Source: Escherichia coli (GTDB taxonomy: Bacteria > Pseudomonadota > Gammaproteobacteria > Enterobacterales > Enterobacteriaceae). Taken from it: a stretch of DNA of 64,000 nt. Every line of letters starts with the position of its first letter. Positions within the stretch are counted from its first letter, which is position 1. The notes beneath the pieces are model-generated. The model ran no database searches and was not told the origin of the DNA. It saw nothing but the letters and a program-made list of their open reading frames with translations. Of this stretch, positions 55,320 to 64,000 are shown piece by piece. The stretch lies in the NCBI RefSeq assembly GCF_001677475.2, contig NZ_CP015229.1. One strand, 5' to 3'. The position numbers and the translations under genes were made by a program.

Positions 55320-56372
55320 TCATATTCTTGCCAAAACACTTTTTAATGCCTTTGCGAATTCATCCAGACTTATATTGTCAATTTTTTGCCCAACGACGAC
55401 TGACTCCGAGACATCGGCCATTGCGGGCCATCGCGTTTTGTAATCAGCATAAATTGCAACAACGGGGGTATTATAGGCACTTGCCATATGTAATATTGAG
55501 GTGTCAGGAGTTATTGCGATATAAGCATCTTTTATGATTGCTGCCGAACGTTTAATCGAGGGTGATAAGGATAAACGGAAGACATTATTATAACAATCCA
55601 CTAATACCCTGGCTTTATCTTCCCCTTTTGGTCCATGAACGATCACTATTGGCATATCTGTTTCATTTTTAATTTTTGCTATTAGATTTTCTGCTATCGA
55701 TAATGAAAATGTACGTTCCTGTGCACTACCTTCTAAATTGAGCGCAATGTAAGCTCCTAACGATCGCATTTCCTCGCGCACCTCATCGAGTACATCCTCG
55801 CTTAATGGCAATTCATATATTGGCCTGACTGCAGGAAAACCCGCTTCACGCATCATAAACGCCCATGTCATGGGTACGGGAGCCCTGAGATTCTGATCCA
55901 TCCGGGACGCGTTCTTACACAAAGGGGAATAGCACTTCATGGTTAAACCGACAACCTGAAAATTCGTTTTTGCTTTCAACTGACTGATAAATAACATCGT
56001 TTTCAGGTTCTTTTTACGCATCGCCTCTATACAAAGATCCGGCGTACCGTATTGCTGTGTTATGTTCTTCGCTAAATCTTTTATTTCTTTTAATGTTGCG
56101 TGATCCTGCATAGTCATTGTGACTAATGTTAATTTAGTCTGTTCAAGTTTGAGCGCATTAAAGACTTCTAAATTAATAGTCGAAGTAACAATTAAAAGAT
56201 GCTTTATTTTATGCATTTCAATCGCCCGAATAACTGGAAAGATGGCCATCGCATCGCCAATTTGATCGGGAATATGGATGACAACAAAGTCTGTTTTTCC
56301 AATATTGAAATTATTAGCTTTATAATCGTAGTAACTAAATGCAATACGTCTCAACAATGATGCTAAAAACAT
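55320..56372 (-). CDS. yeeL: Glycosyltransferase family 9 (heptosyltransferase-like) YeeL, intact
   Basis: 350-aa uninterrupted ORF between yeeJ and shiA. Confidence 0.6.
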   Translation of the reverse strand: MFLASLLRRIAFSYYDYKANNFNIGKTDFVVIHIPDQIGDAMAIFPVIRAIEMHKIKHLLIVTSTINLEVFNALKLEQTKLTLVTMTMQDHATLKEIKDLAKNITQQYGTPDLCIEAMRKKNLKTMLFISQLKAKTNFQVVGLTMKCYSPLCKNASRMDQNLRAPVPMTWAFMMREAGFPAVRPIYELPLSEDVLDEVREEMRSLGAYIALNLEGSAQERTFSLSIAENLIAKIKNETDMPIVIVHGPKGEDKARVLVDCYNNVFRLSLSPSIKRSAAIIKDAYIAITPDTSILHMASAYNTPVVAIYADYKTRWPAMADVSESVVVGQKIDNISLDEFAKALKSVLARI

Positions 56373-56686
56373 ACCTAACCTCGCCTCCCTACTGGTTATA
56401 ATGCAATGCAGTCTATCAGACTCATCAGGGTGCTATTTTGTACATATGCGGACTTTTATGTTTCATATCTCGAACCTGTGGGTGCTCTGCTTAATCCTTA
56501 AACAACACCAGCAACACCTGCGCTTTCATCTTCCATCGAATTTTTCATGTTGCCGTTAATCAGCTATAAAATCATTTGCAGATGCGCTCTGTCGAGGTAG
56601 TCTCATAAGGTTCGTTTATAGATCGACGGCAATGTGAGTTACCTTTTCCATACTAATTATAAAAAGACAGTACAAACAGGATCATT

Positions 56687-58003
56687 ATGGACTCCACGCT
56701 CATCTCCACTCGTCCCGATGAAGGGACGCTTTCGTTAAGTCGCGCCCGACGAGCTGCGTTAGGCAGTTTTGCCGGTGCCGTCGTCGACTGGTATGATTTT
56801 TTACTCTATGGCATTACCGCCGCACTGGTGTTTAATCGCGAGTTTTTCCCGCAAGTAAGCCCGGCTATGGGAACGCTCGCCGCATTTGCTACCTTTGGCG
56901 TCGGATTCCTTTTCCGTCCGCTCGGCGGTGTCATTTTCGGTCACTTTGGCGACCGACTGGGACGTAAGCGCATGTTAATGCTGACCGTCTGGATGATGGG
57001 CATCGCGACAGCCTTGATTGGTATTCTTCCTTCCTTCTCGACCATTGGGTGGTGGGCACCTATTTTGCTGGTGACACTGCGTGCCATTCAGGGATTTGCC
57101 GTCGGCGGCGAATGGGGAGGCGCAGCGTTGCTTTCCGTTGAAAGTGCGCCGGAAAATAAAAAAGCCTTTTACAGTAGCGGTGTACAAGTTGGCTACGGTG
57201 TAGGTTTACTGCTTTCAACCGGACTGGTTTCATTGATCAGTATGATGACGACCGACGAACAATTTTTAAGCTGGGGCTGGCGCATTCCTTTCCTGTTTAG
57301 CATCGTACTGGTACTGGGAGCATTGTGGGTGCGCAATGGCATGGAGGAGTCCGCGGAATTTGAACAACAGCAACATAATCAAGCGGCCGCGAAAAAACGC
57401 ATCCCGGTTATCGAAGCACTATTACGACATCCCGGTGCTTTCCTGAAGATTATTGCGCTACGACTGTGCGAGTTGCTGACGATGTACATCGTTACCGCCT
57501 TTGCACTTAATTATTCAACCCAGAATATGGGTTTACCGCGCGAACTTTTCCTTAATATAGGTTTGCTGGTCGGTGGATTAAGCTGCCTGACAATTCCCTG
57601 TTTTGCCTGGCTTGCCGATCGTTTTGGTCGCCGCAGGGTTTATATCACAGGCGCGTTGATCGGAACGTTGAGCGCATTTCCTTTCTTTATGGCGCTTGAA
57701 GCACAATCTATTTTCTGGATAGTTTTCTTCTCCATAATGCTGGCAAACATTGCGCATGACATGGTGGTGTGTGTACAACAACCGATGTTTACCGAAATGT
57801 TTGGTGCCAGTTATCGCTATAGTGGCGCTGGAGTCGGTTATCAGGTTGCCAGTGTGGTTGGTGGTGGATTTACACCTTTTATTGCCGCTGCACTCATCAC
57901 TTACTTTGCCGGGAACTGGCATAGCGTCGCCATTTATTTGCTGGCTGGATGCCTGATTTCCGCAATAACCGCTTCGTTGATGAAAGACAATCAACGCGCT
58001 TGA
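56687..58003 (+). CDS. shiA: Shikimate transporter ShiA (MFS)
   Basis: 438 aa, 12-TM MFS signature (GHFGDRLGRKRM). Confidence 0.85.
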   Translation: MDSTLISTRPDEGTLSLSRARRAALGSFAGAVVDWYDFLLYGITAALVFNREFFPQVSPAMGTLAAFATFGVGFLFRPLGGVIFGHFGDRLGRKRMLMLTVWMMGIATALIGILPSFSTIGWWAPILLVTLRAIQGFAVGGEWGGAALLSVESAPENKKAFYSSGVQVGYGVGLLLSTGLVSLISMMTTDEQFLSWGWRIPFLFSIVLVLGALWVRNGMEESAEFEQQQHNQAAAKKRIPVIEALLRHPGAFLKIIALRLCELLTMYIVTAFALNYSTQNMGLPRELFLNIGLLVGGLSCLTIPCFAWLADRFGRRRVYITGALIGTLSAFPFFMALEAQSIFWIVFFSIMLANIAHDMVVCVQQPMFTEMFGASYRYSGAGVGYQVASVVGGGFTPFIAAALITYFAGNWHSVAIYLLAGCLISAITASLMKDNQRA

Positions 58004-58104
58004 TAGTCTGGCGAAGATCATCCGATCTTCGCCTTACACTTTTGTTTCACATTCCTGTGACATACTATCGGATGTGCGGTAATTGTATGGAACAGGAGAC
58101 ACAC

Positions 58105-59559
58105 ATGAATAATAAGGGCTCCGGTCTGACCCCAGCTCAGGCACTGGATAAACTCGACGCGCTGTATGAGCAATCTGTAGTCGCTTTACGCAACGCCATT
58201 GGCAAATATATTACAAGTGGCGAATTACCTGATGAAAACGCCCGCAAACAAGGTCTTTTTGTCTATCCATCACTGACCGTAACCTGGGACGGTAGCACAA
58301 CCAATCCCCCCAAAACGCGCGCATTTGGTCGTTTTACTCACGCAGGCAGCTACACCACCACGATTACTCGCCCTACTCTCTTTCGTTCGTATCTCAATGA
58401 ACAACTTACGTTGCTGTATCAGGATTATGGTGCGCATATCTCTGTGCAACCCTCGCAGCATGAAATCCCTTATCCTTATGTCATCGATGGCTCTGAATTG
58501 ACACTTGATCGCTCAATGAGCGCTGGGTTAACTCGCTATTTCCCGACAACAGAACTGGCGCAAATTGGCGATGAAACTGCAGACGGCATTTATCATCCAA
58601 CTGAATTCTCCCCGCTATCGCATTTTGATGCGCGCCGCGTCGATTTTTCCCTCGCGCGGTTGCGCCATTATACCGGTACGCCGGTTGAACATTTTCAGCC
58701 GTTCGTCTTGTTTACCAACTACACACGTTATGTGGATGAATTCGTTCGTTGGGGATGCAACCAGATCCTCGATCCTGATAGTCCCTACATTGCCCTTTCT
58801 TGTGCTGGCGGGAACTGGATCACCGCCGAAACCGAAGCGCCAGAAGAAGCCATTTCCGACCTTGCATGGAAAAAACACCAGATGCCCGCATGGCATTTAA
58901 TTACCGCCGATGGTCAGGGTATTACTCTGGTGAATATTGGCGTGGGACCGTCAAATGCTAAAACCATCTGCGATCATCTGGCGGTGCTACGCCCGGATGT
59001 CTGGTTGATGATTGGTCACTGTGGTGGCTTACGTGAAAGCCAGGCCATTGGAGATTATGTACTTGCACACGCTTATTTACGCGATGACCACGTTCTTGAT
59101 GCGGTACTGCCGCCCGATATTCCTATTCCGAGCATTGCTGAAGTGCAACGTGCGCTTTATGACGCTACCAAGTTAGTCAGCGGCAGGCCAGGTGAGGAAG
59201 TTAAACAGCGGCTACGTACTGGCACTGTGGTAACCACAGATGACAGGAACTGGGAATTACGTTACTCAGCTTCTGCACTTCGTTTTAACTTAAGCCGGGC
59301 CGTAGCAATTGATATGGAAAGTGCAACCATTGCCGCGCAAGGATATCGTTTCCGCGTGCCATACGGGACACTACTGTGTGTTTCAGATAAACCGTTGCAT
59401 GGTGAGATTAAACTTCCCGGTCAGGCTAACCGTTTTTATGAAGGCGCTATTTCCGAACACCTGCAAATTGGCATTCGGGCGATCGATTTGCTGCGCGCAG
59501 AAGGCGACCGACTGCATTCGCGTAAATTACGAACCTTTAATGAGCCGCCGTTCCGATAA
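58105..59559 (+). CDS. amn: AMP nucleosidase
   Basis: 484 aa from MNNKGSGLTPAQALDKLDALYEQSV...; upstream ORF extension in track is not coding. Confidence 0.85.
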   Translation: MNNKGSGLTPAQALDKLDALYEQSVVALRNAIGKYITSGELPDENARKQGLFVYPSLTVTWDGSTTNPPKTRAFGRFTHAGSYTTTITRPTLFRSYLNEQLTLLYQDYGAHISVQPSQHEIPYPYVIDGSELTLDRSMSAGLTRYFPTTELAQIGDETADGIYHPTEFSPLSHFDARRVDFSLARLRHYTGTPVEHFQPFVLFTNYTRYVDEFVRWGCNQILDPDSPYIALSCAGGNWITAETEAPEEAISDLAWKKHQMPAWHLITADGQGITLVNIGVGPSNAKTICDHLAVLRPDVWLMIGHCGGLRESQAIGDYVLAHAYLRDDHVLDAVLPPDIPIPSIAEVQRALYDATKLVSGRPGEEVKQRLRTGTVVTTDDRNWELRYSASALRFNLSRAVAIDMESATIAAQGYRFRVPYGTLLCVSDKPLHGEIKLPGQANRFYEGAISEHLQIGIRAIDLLRAEGDRLHSRKLRTFNEPPFR

Positions 59560-59901
59560 TAAGTTCTGAACCTTCTTATCAAAAATAGATGTGAAGGATT
59601 AAGTAAGACATCTGGCAAATAGCCCGCAATAAACGCGGGCTGTTTGCTTCCTTGGGCGGATACGAGTTTTATTATCGTCTTAATGATTTCCACATATTAA
59701 AAGCAAGTATGCTTTCAAAACACAATTATAAAAAATTCCGCCAACAATATAAGTTTTTATAAAATTAAATATAAGATTATGGCTTTAGAATATTTTTATT
59801 TCTAATAGACGAGATTTTTCCTGTTATGATATAATATGCCGAATTAACACATGTTAACGATTTACCAGTAATGTAAATAAATTTTCGAGGAGATCATTCC
59901 A

Positions 59902-60618
59902 GTGGGACGTAAATGGGCCAATATTGTTGCTAAAAAAACGGCTAAAGACGGTGCAACGTCTAAAATTTATGCAAAATTCGGTGTAGAAATCTATGCCGCT
60001 GCCAAACAAGGTGAACCCGATCCAGAATTAAACACATCTTTAAAATTCGTTATTGAACGAGCAAAGCAGGCACAAGTTCCAAAGCATGTTATTGATAAAG
60101 CAATTGATAAAGCCAAAGGCGGCGGAGATGAAACGTTCGTGCAGGGCCGTTATGAAGGCTTTGGTCCTAATGGCTCAATGATTATCGCTGAGACCTTGAC
60201 TTCCAATGTTAACCGTACGATTGCTAACGTTCGCACAATTTTCAATAAAAAAGGCGGCAATATCGGAGCGGCAGGTTCTGTCAGCTATATGTTTGACAAT
60301 ACGGGTGTGATTGTATTTAAAGGAACAGACCCTGACCATATTTTTGAAATTTTACTTGAAGCTGAAGTTGATGTTCGTGATGTAACTGAAGAAGAAGGTA
60401 ATATTGTTATTTATACTGAACCTACTGACCTTCATAAAGAAATCGCGGCTCTAAAAGCAGCTGGAATCACTGAGTTCTCAACAACAGAATTAGAAATGAT
60501 TGCTCAATCTGAAGTTGAGCTTTCCCCAGAAGATTTAGAAATCTTTGAAGGGCTTGTTGATGCCCTTGAAGATGACGACGATGTTCAAAAAGTTTATCAT
60601 AACGTCGCAAATCTCTAA
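59902..60618 (+). CDS. yeeN: YebC/PmpR-family transcriptional regulator YeeN (GTG start)
   Basis: 238 aa; [15 protein letters not shown]... family N-terminus. Confidence 0.85.
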   Translation: MGRKWANIVAKKTAKDGATSKIYAKFGVEIYAAAKQGEPDPELNTSLKFVIERAKQAQVPKHVIDKAIDKAKGGGDETFVQGRYEGFGPNGSMIIAETLTSNVNRTIANVRTIFNKKGGNIGAAGSVSYMFDNTGVIVFKGTDPDHIFEILLEAEVDVRDVTEEEGNIVIYTEPTDLHKEIAALKAAGITEFSTTELEMIAQSEVELSPEDLEIFEGLVDALEDDDDVQKVYHNVANL

Positions 60619-60627
60619 TTATATTTT

Positions 60628-60660
60628 AAAGAAATCTGTCTTTATGGCAGATTTCTTTAA
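60628..60660 (+). terminator. Rho-independent terminator after yeeN
   Basis: GAAATCTG-tctttatgg-CAGATTTC followed by TTTAAT. Confidence 0.6.
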
Positions 60661-61071
60661 TCTCATATAATTCTTATAAAAAATATAATATTCAACTCGT
60701 CATATTGATTATAAAAATACCGGTCCCAGAGAAATAATATTTATTAAATTTCCAGGTTTTCTTTTTCTGATTACAGAAGACAAAGTGGCAATTACGTTTA
60801 GTTTCCCGATAAAAACGCGACAGCAACATCCCGCATAAGGCATTTTTCTCTTTATCTTTGTACGATACTTCATGGAACAGAGTTTTTGACCTTGTGAATC
60901 GTGATGTCTGTTGGGGAGGGGCAATTTGCTCACTGAAGCGTGAGACTCGATTAAGCGCACGAAACACAGAAATCAAAAAACCCGGTCACTTTTTTACAAG
61001 GTAACCGGGTAAAAATAATTTTTATTTTTTAATTGTTTTGAGACTCATAGAGATGTCTCAAAACTAAAATT

Positions 61072-61147
61072 TGGCTCCTCTGACTGGACTCGAACCAGTG
61101 ACATACGGATTAACAGTCCGCCGTTCTACCGACTGAACTACAGAGGA
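61072..61147 (-). tRNA. asnW: tRNA-Asn (GUU)
   Basis: Reverse complement identical to the asnT sequence. Confidence 0.95.
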
Positions 61148-61247
61148 ATCGTGAGAACGAGGCGAATATTAGCGATGCCCATCCACAATGTCAAAGCCTG
61201 TTTTTTAAATTTGAAATCGTTTGCTGAAATAATCTGCATTTTGTCGT

Positions 61248-62735
61248 TTATTCCGACACAACTGGCTTTTTTTCACACTTTTGCGGCTCGGGTCGAGGGT
61301 ATTTCCATAGCCAACGTCCAGTAACCATTCGCCAGTAAAACAGCACGGCCCGCACAGCCCAGTCGGCAAACATTCCCATCCAGACACCAACCACACCCCA
61401 GCCAAGCATGATTCCCAGCACATAACCGACTACAACCCGGCAACCCCACATGCTCAACATAGAAACCCACATGGCGTAACGGGCATCACGAGCACCTTTA
61501 AATCCAGCGGGTAGCACCCATGAGGCGGACCAAATAGGCATAAATAAAGCATTTAGCCAAATCAGAATCACAACGACATGTTTAACCTGTGGATCCTGGG
61601 TGTAAAACGATGCCATAAGCCCGGCAAAGGGAGCCGTTAGCCAGGCGATGGCCGTTAACCCAAGAGTGGACAGCCAGAACACATGCCGCAACTGAATCTC
61701 TGCTTGCGCTATCTGCCCTACCCCCAACCTTCGGCCTGTAATGATCGTAGAAGCAGAGCCGAGCGCACTTCCGGGTAAGTTGATAAGAGCCGCAATTGAA
61801 AACGCGATAAAATTTCCGGCAATAACACTGGTCCCCATCCCGGCAACGAACATTTGGGTTAATAACCGACCACTGGTAAATAACACTGATTCGACACTCG
61901 CGGGAATACCAATCCCCATGACTTCCCAGATAATGCTAAAATTCAGCGGTTTAAAATAGCTCTTTAACGAAATCCTTAGCGCAGGATTAAAACCAATCGC
62001 CAGCACCCACAAAATTGCAACTGCGCCAATATAACGAGAAATGGTTAAACCCAACCCAGCCCCGACAAATCCCAGTCCCGGCCAGGAGAAAAGGCCGTAA
62101 ATCAATATGCCGCTAATAATAATATTAAGAATATTCAGGCTACCGTTAATCAGTAGCGGTATTTTCGTATTCCCTGCACCACGAAGTGCCCCGCTACCAA
62201 TTAGAGTGATGGCAGCTGCTGGATAACTGAGTACCGTCAGCTCCAGATAAGTCAACGCCAGTGCTTTAACTTCTGTCGTGGCATCACCCGCGACGAAATC
62301 AATAATTTGCTCGCCAAAATGATGAATAAGCGTTGCCAACAGTACGGCAAACAACGTCATGATCACCAATGACTGCCGCGTCGCCACCCTCGCTCGTCGT
62401 CGATCCCGCTTACCGAGACTAAATGCCACAACGACAGTAGTACCAAGATCGATAGCAGCAAAAAAAGCCATAATGACCATATTGAAGCTGTCCGCCAATC
62501 CCACGCCGGCCATCGCATCTTTTCCCAGCCAGCTGACCAGAAAAGTGCTCAGGACCCCCATCAGCAGGACACAGGCATTCTCCATGAAGATAGGAACAGC
62601 AAGCGGGGTTATCTCGCGCCAGAACAACACTTTGTAGCTCTTGCGTTTAGCGTGCCAGCGAGTGCCGTGAACAACCTGGCGTAAAGCAGAGGAGATATTC
62701 AAAGCCGACCTTAATTGCAGAAAGTGAAACCACAT
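61248..62735 (-). CDS. yeeO: MATE-family efflux transporter YeeO (ORF open to 62888; start at MWFHFLQ chosen)
   Basis: 12-TM MATE-like protein between asnW and asnU. Confidence 0.8.
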   Translation of the reverse strand: MWFHFLQLRSALNISSALRQVVHGTRWHAKRKSYKVLFWREITPLAVPIFMENACVLLMGVLSTFLVSWLGKDAMAGVGLADSFNMVIMAFFAAIDLGTTVVVAFSLGKRDRRRARVATRQSLVIMTLFAVLLATLIHHFGEQIIDFVAGDATTEVKALALTYLELTVLSYPAAAITLIGSGALRGAGNTKIPLLINGSLNILNIIISGILIYGLFSWPGLGFVGAGLGLTISRYIGAVAILWVLAIGFNPALRISLKSYFKPLNFSIIWEVMGIGIPASVESVLFTSGRLLTQMFVAGMGTSVIAGNFIAFSIAALINLPGSALGSASTIITGRRLGVGQIAQAEIQLRHVFWLSTLGLTAIAWLTAPFAGLMASFYTQDPQVKHVVVILIWLNALFMPIWSASWVLPAGFKGARDARYAMWVSMLSMWGCRVVVGYVLGIMLGWGVVGVWMGMFADWAVRAVLFYWRMVTGRWLWKYPRPEPQKCEKKPVVSE

Positions 62736-62895
62736 TTCAAATGATGAGGGAGAATCAGCAAAGCTGCAAAGATTTTCGCCAACAAATTGTCTGCAAATGC
62801 AACAAACTGTTGATAGAAACGGCAAACAGTTGGGGAATTTAAAAATCGGGTTTGACAAAAGATTTTTCGCCGTTAAGATGTGCCTCAACAGCGAT

Positions 62896-62971
62896 TCCTC
62901 TGTAGTTCAGTCGGTAGAACGGCGGACTGTTAATCCGTATGTCACTGGTTCGAGTCCAGTCAGAGGAGCCA
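62896..62971 (+). tRNA. asnU: tRNA-Asn (GUU)
   Basis: Identical to asnT sequence. Confidence 0.95.
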
Positions 62972-62980
62972 AATTTCTAA

Positions 62981-63008
62981 AAAGCCCGCTTTTTTAGCGG
63001 GCTTTTTG
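62981..63008 (+). terminator. Bidirectional rho-independent terminator between asnU and cbl
   Basis: AGCCCGC-TTTTTTA-GCGGGCT flanked by A-run and T-run. Confidence 0.7.
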
Positions 63009-63428
63009 CTATATCTGATAATCAATTTCCTCTTCACTGTTTTCCATCACCTGCCGCTTAATATCCTCAACTGACAGTCCTGCATTACAAAGTTCCAGAA
63101 AGCGCCAGACATAGTTACGCTGAAGTTGTCCTCGCTTGAGTCCCAACCAGACAGTATTAGCATCAAAAAGATGCCGCGTATCCAGGCGGATTAGATTCTC
63201 TTCCTCTTGTTCGCCGCTGGATTGTTCGGCAACTAATCCGATCCCAAGCCCAAGAGCAACATAGGTTTTAATGACATCAGAATCCTGCGCACTTAATACA
63301 ATATCTGCCAGCAAACCTTTGCGGGCAAATGCGTCATCAATACGTGAGCGCCCCGTAATCCCCTGTCGGTAAGTGATTAACGGCCACTTCGCTATTGATT
63401 CCAGCGTCAATGGTGAAATTTGCGTCAA
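63009..63428 (-). pseudogene. cbl: cbl (LysR-family sulfonate regulator), C-terminal 139 codons only; truncated by IS insertion
   Basis: LTQISPLTLESIAKWPLITYRQGITGRSRIDD... to stop; N-terminal HTH and first ~175 codons replaced by IS sequence from 63429. Confidence 0.8.
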
Positions 63429-64000
63429 GTATGAGACGACAATAACTCAGTCCGCCTGGCGCCGATTATTCTGGCCGGTTTTGTAACCTGAGTGTCATTT
63501 ACATGATCCAACAGGAAATGGCGTGACGCTCAATACTTCTCAGGTCAGTTACTATATGACTCAGCGTAAGAAAGGTATAACTCAGCATATCTCGGCCATG
63601 AAGGCTGGTATCTCAGTCCGTTCTGGTCGTCGGATCGAAAAAGGAGAGTGGGCAAAAAACAGTGTTCGGCACTGGCGCACACGCAAAGATCCTCTGGAAG
63701 CTGTGTGGGACAGCATGCTTGTTCCTCTGTTGAAAGAGAGGCCGGCTCTGACACCAACAACTCTACTGGAGATGCTACAGGATAAATATCCCGGCCAGTA
63801 CCCCAACAGCCTTCGAAGAACAATGCAACGGCGGGTTCGCGAATGGAAACTACAGTATGGTACAGAGCAGGAGGTCATGTTCCGCCAGCAACATCAGCCC
63901 GGCCTGCGAGGCCTGTCGGACTTTACTGAACTGAAAGGTGTAGTTGTCACCATCGCCGGTAAGTTGTTGGCGCATAAGTTGTATCACTTCCGTCTGGAAT
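63429..64000 (+). mobile_element. IS21-family insertion sequence, 5' portion (left inverted repeat and istA start), continues beyond window
   Basis: Junction with cbl at 63428/63429; terminal ~50 bp is inverse of the IS end at 320-366; istA follows. Confidence 0.6.
63556..64000 (+). CDS. istA: IS21-family transposase IstA, N-terminal part (runs off window)
   Basis: MTQRKKGITQHISAMKAGISVRSGRRIEKGE... HTH then start of DDE domain; no stop before window end. Confidence 0.65.
   Translation, partial: MTQRKKGITQHISAMKAGISVRSGRRIEKGEWAKNSVRHWRTRKDPLEAVWDSMLVPLLKERPALTPTTLLEMLQDKYPGQYPNSLRRTMQRRVREWKLQYGTEQEVMFRQQHQPGLRGLSDFTELKGVVVTIAGKLLAHKLYHFRLE

Noticed and set aside
57949-58104. N-terminal 52-codon extension of the amn ORF and overlapping ORFs 57578-58021 and 57750-57956
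   Set aside because: Extension overlaps the shiA 3' end and lacks an RBS; the conserved Amn N-terminus starts at MNNKGSG (58105).
60692-60976. 94-aa and 83-aa minus-strand ORFs between yeeN and asnW
   Set aside because: AT-rich intergenic DNA with two overlapping frames, Lys/Arg-rich low-complexity translations and no clear SD; could hide a small gene but not supportable by eye.
61036-61065. Inverted repeat GTTTTGAGAC-N-GTCTCAAAAC next to asnW, considered as a terminator
   Set aside because: Not followed by a U-run on the asnW strand; may be a processing or bidirectional element but evidence is too weak to call.

Overview
E. coli-type chromosomal window. Positions ~370-45250 are a ~45-kb lambdoid prophage integrated at tRNA-Ser (serU), with all late genes on the minus strand: lambda-like tail genes (Z, U, V, G/G-T, H, M, L, K, I, J, lom, stf, tfa), a head module with a single ClpP-like protease/major-capsid fusion ORF, portal, W, terminase, a cos region, and an S21-type pinholin / SAR-endolysin / Rz-Rz1 lysis cassette. 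The early region is Qin-like (dicC/dicA switch, ydfA-ydfB-ydfC, dicF sRNA, dicB, ydfD, large exonuclease, Xis, Int) with a lambda-like O/P replication module, a nin-type region (hok toxin, DUF968, RusA, Q) and an accessory island between Q and the holin (CPBP protease, frameshifted DNA methyltransferase, tRNA-Thr and tRNA-Gly, TerB-like protein). Host genes follow: mtfA, asnT, yeeJ (giant Ig-repeat adhesin with a near-identical 609-bp tandem duplication), yeeL, shiA, amn, yeeN, asnW, yeeO, asnU, and a cbl fragment. Both window edges lie in IS21-family elements (istB 3' end at left, istA 5' start at right, the latter interrupting cbl). The best candidate for an undescribed system is a low-GC, antisense two-gene cassette (small peptide plus 2-TM protein) inserted between ydfC and dicF; other candidates are the unknown gene pair splitting holin from endolysin and the TerB-like/TM-peptide and CPBP/HTH pairs in the Q-S island. 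All calls rest on reading the ORF translations and the sequence by eye; no database search was run.
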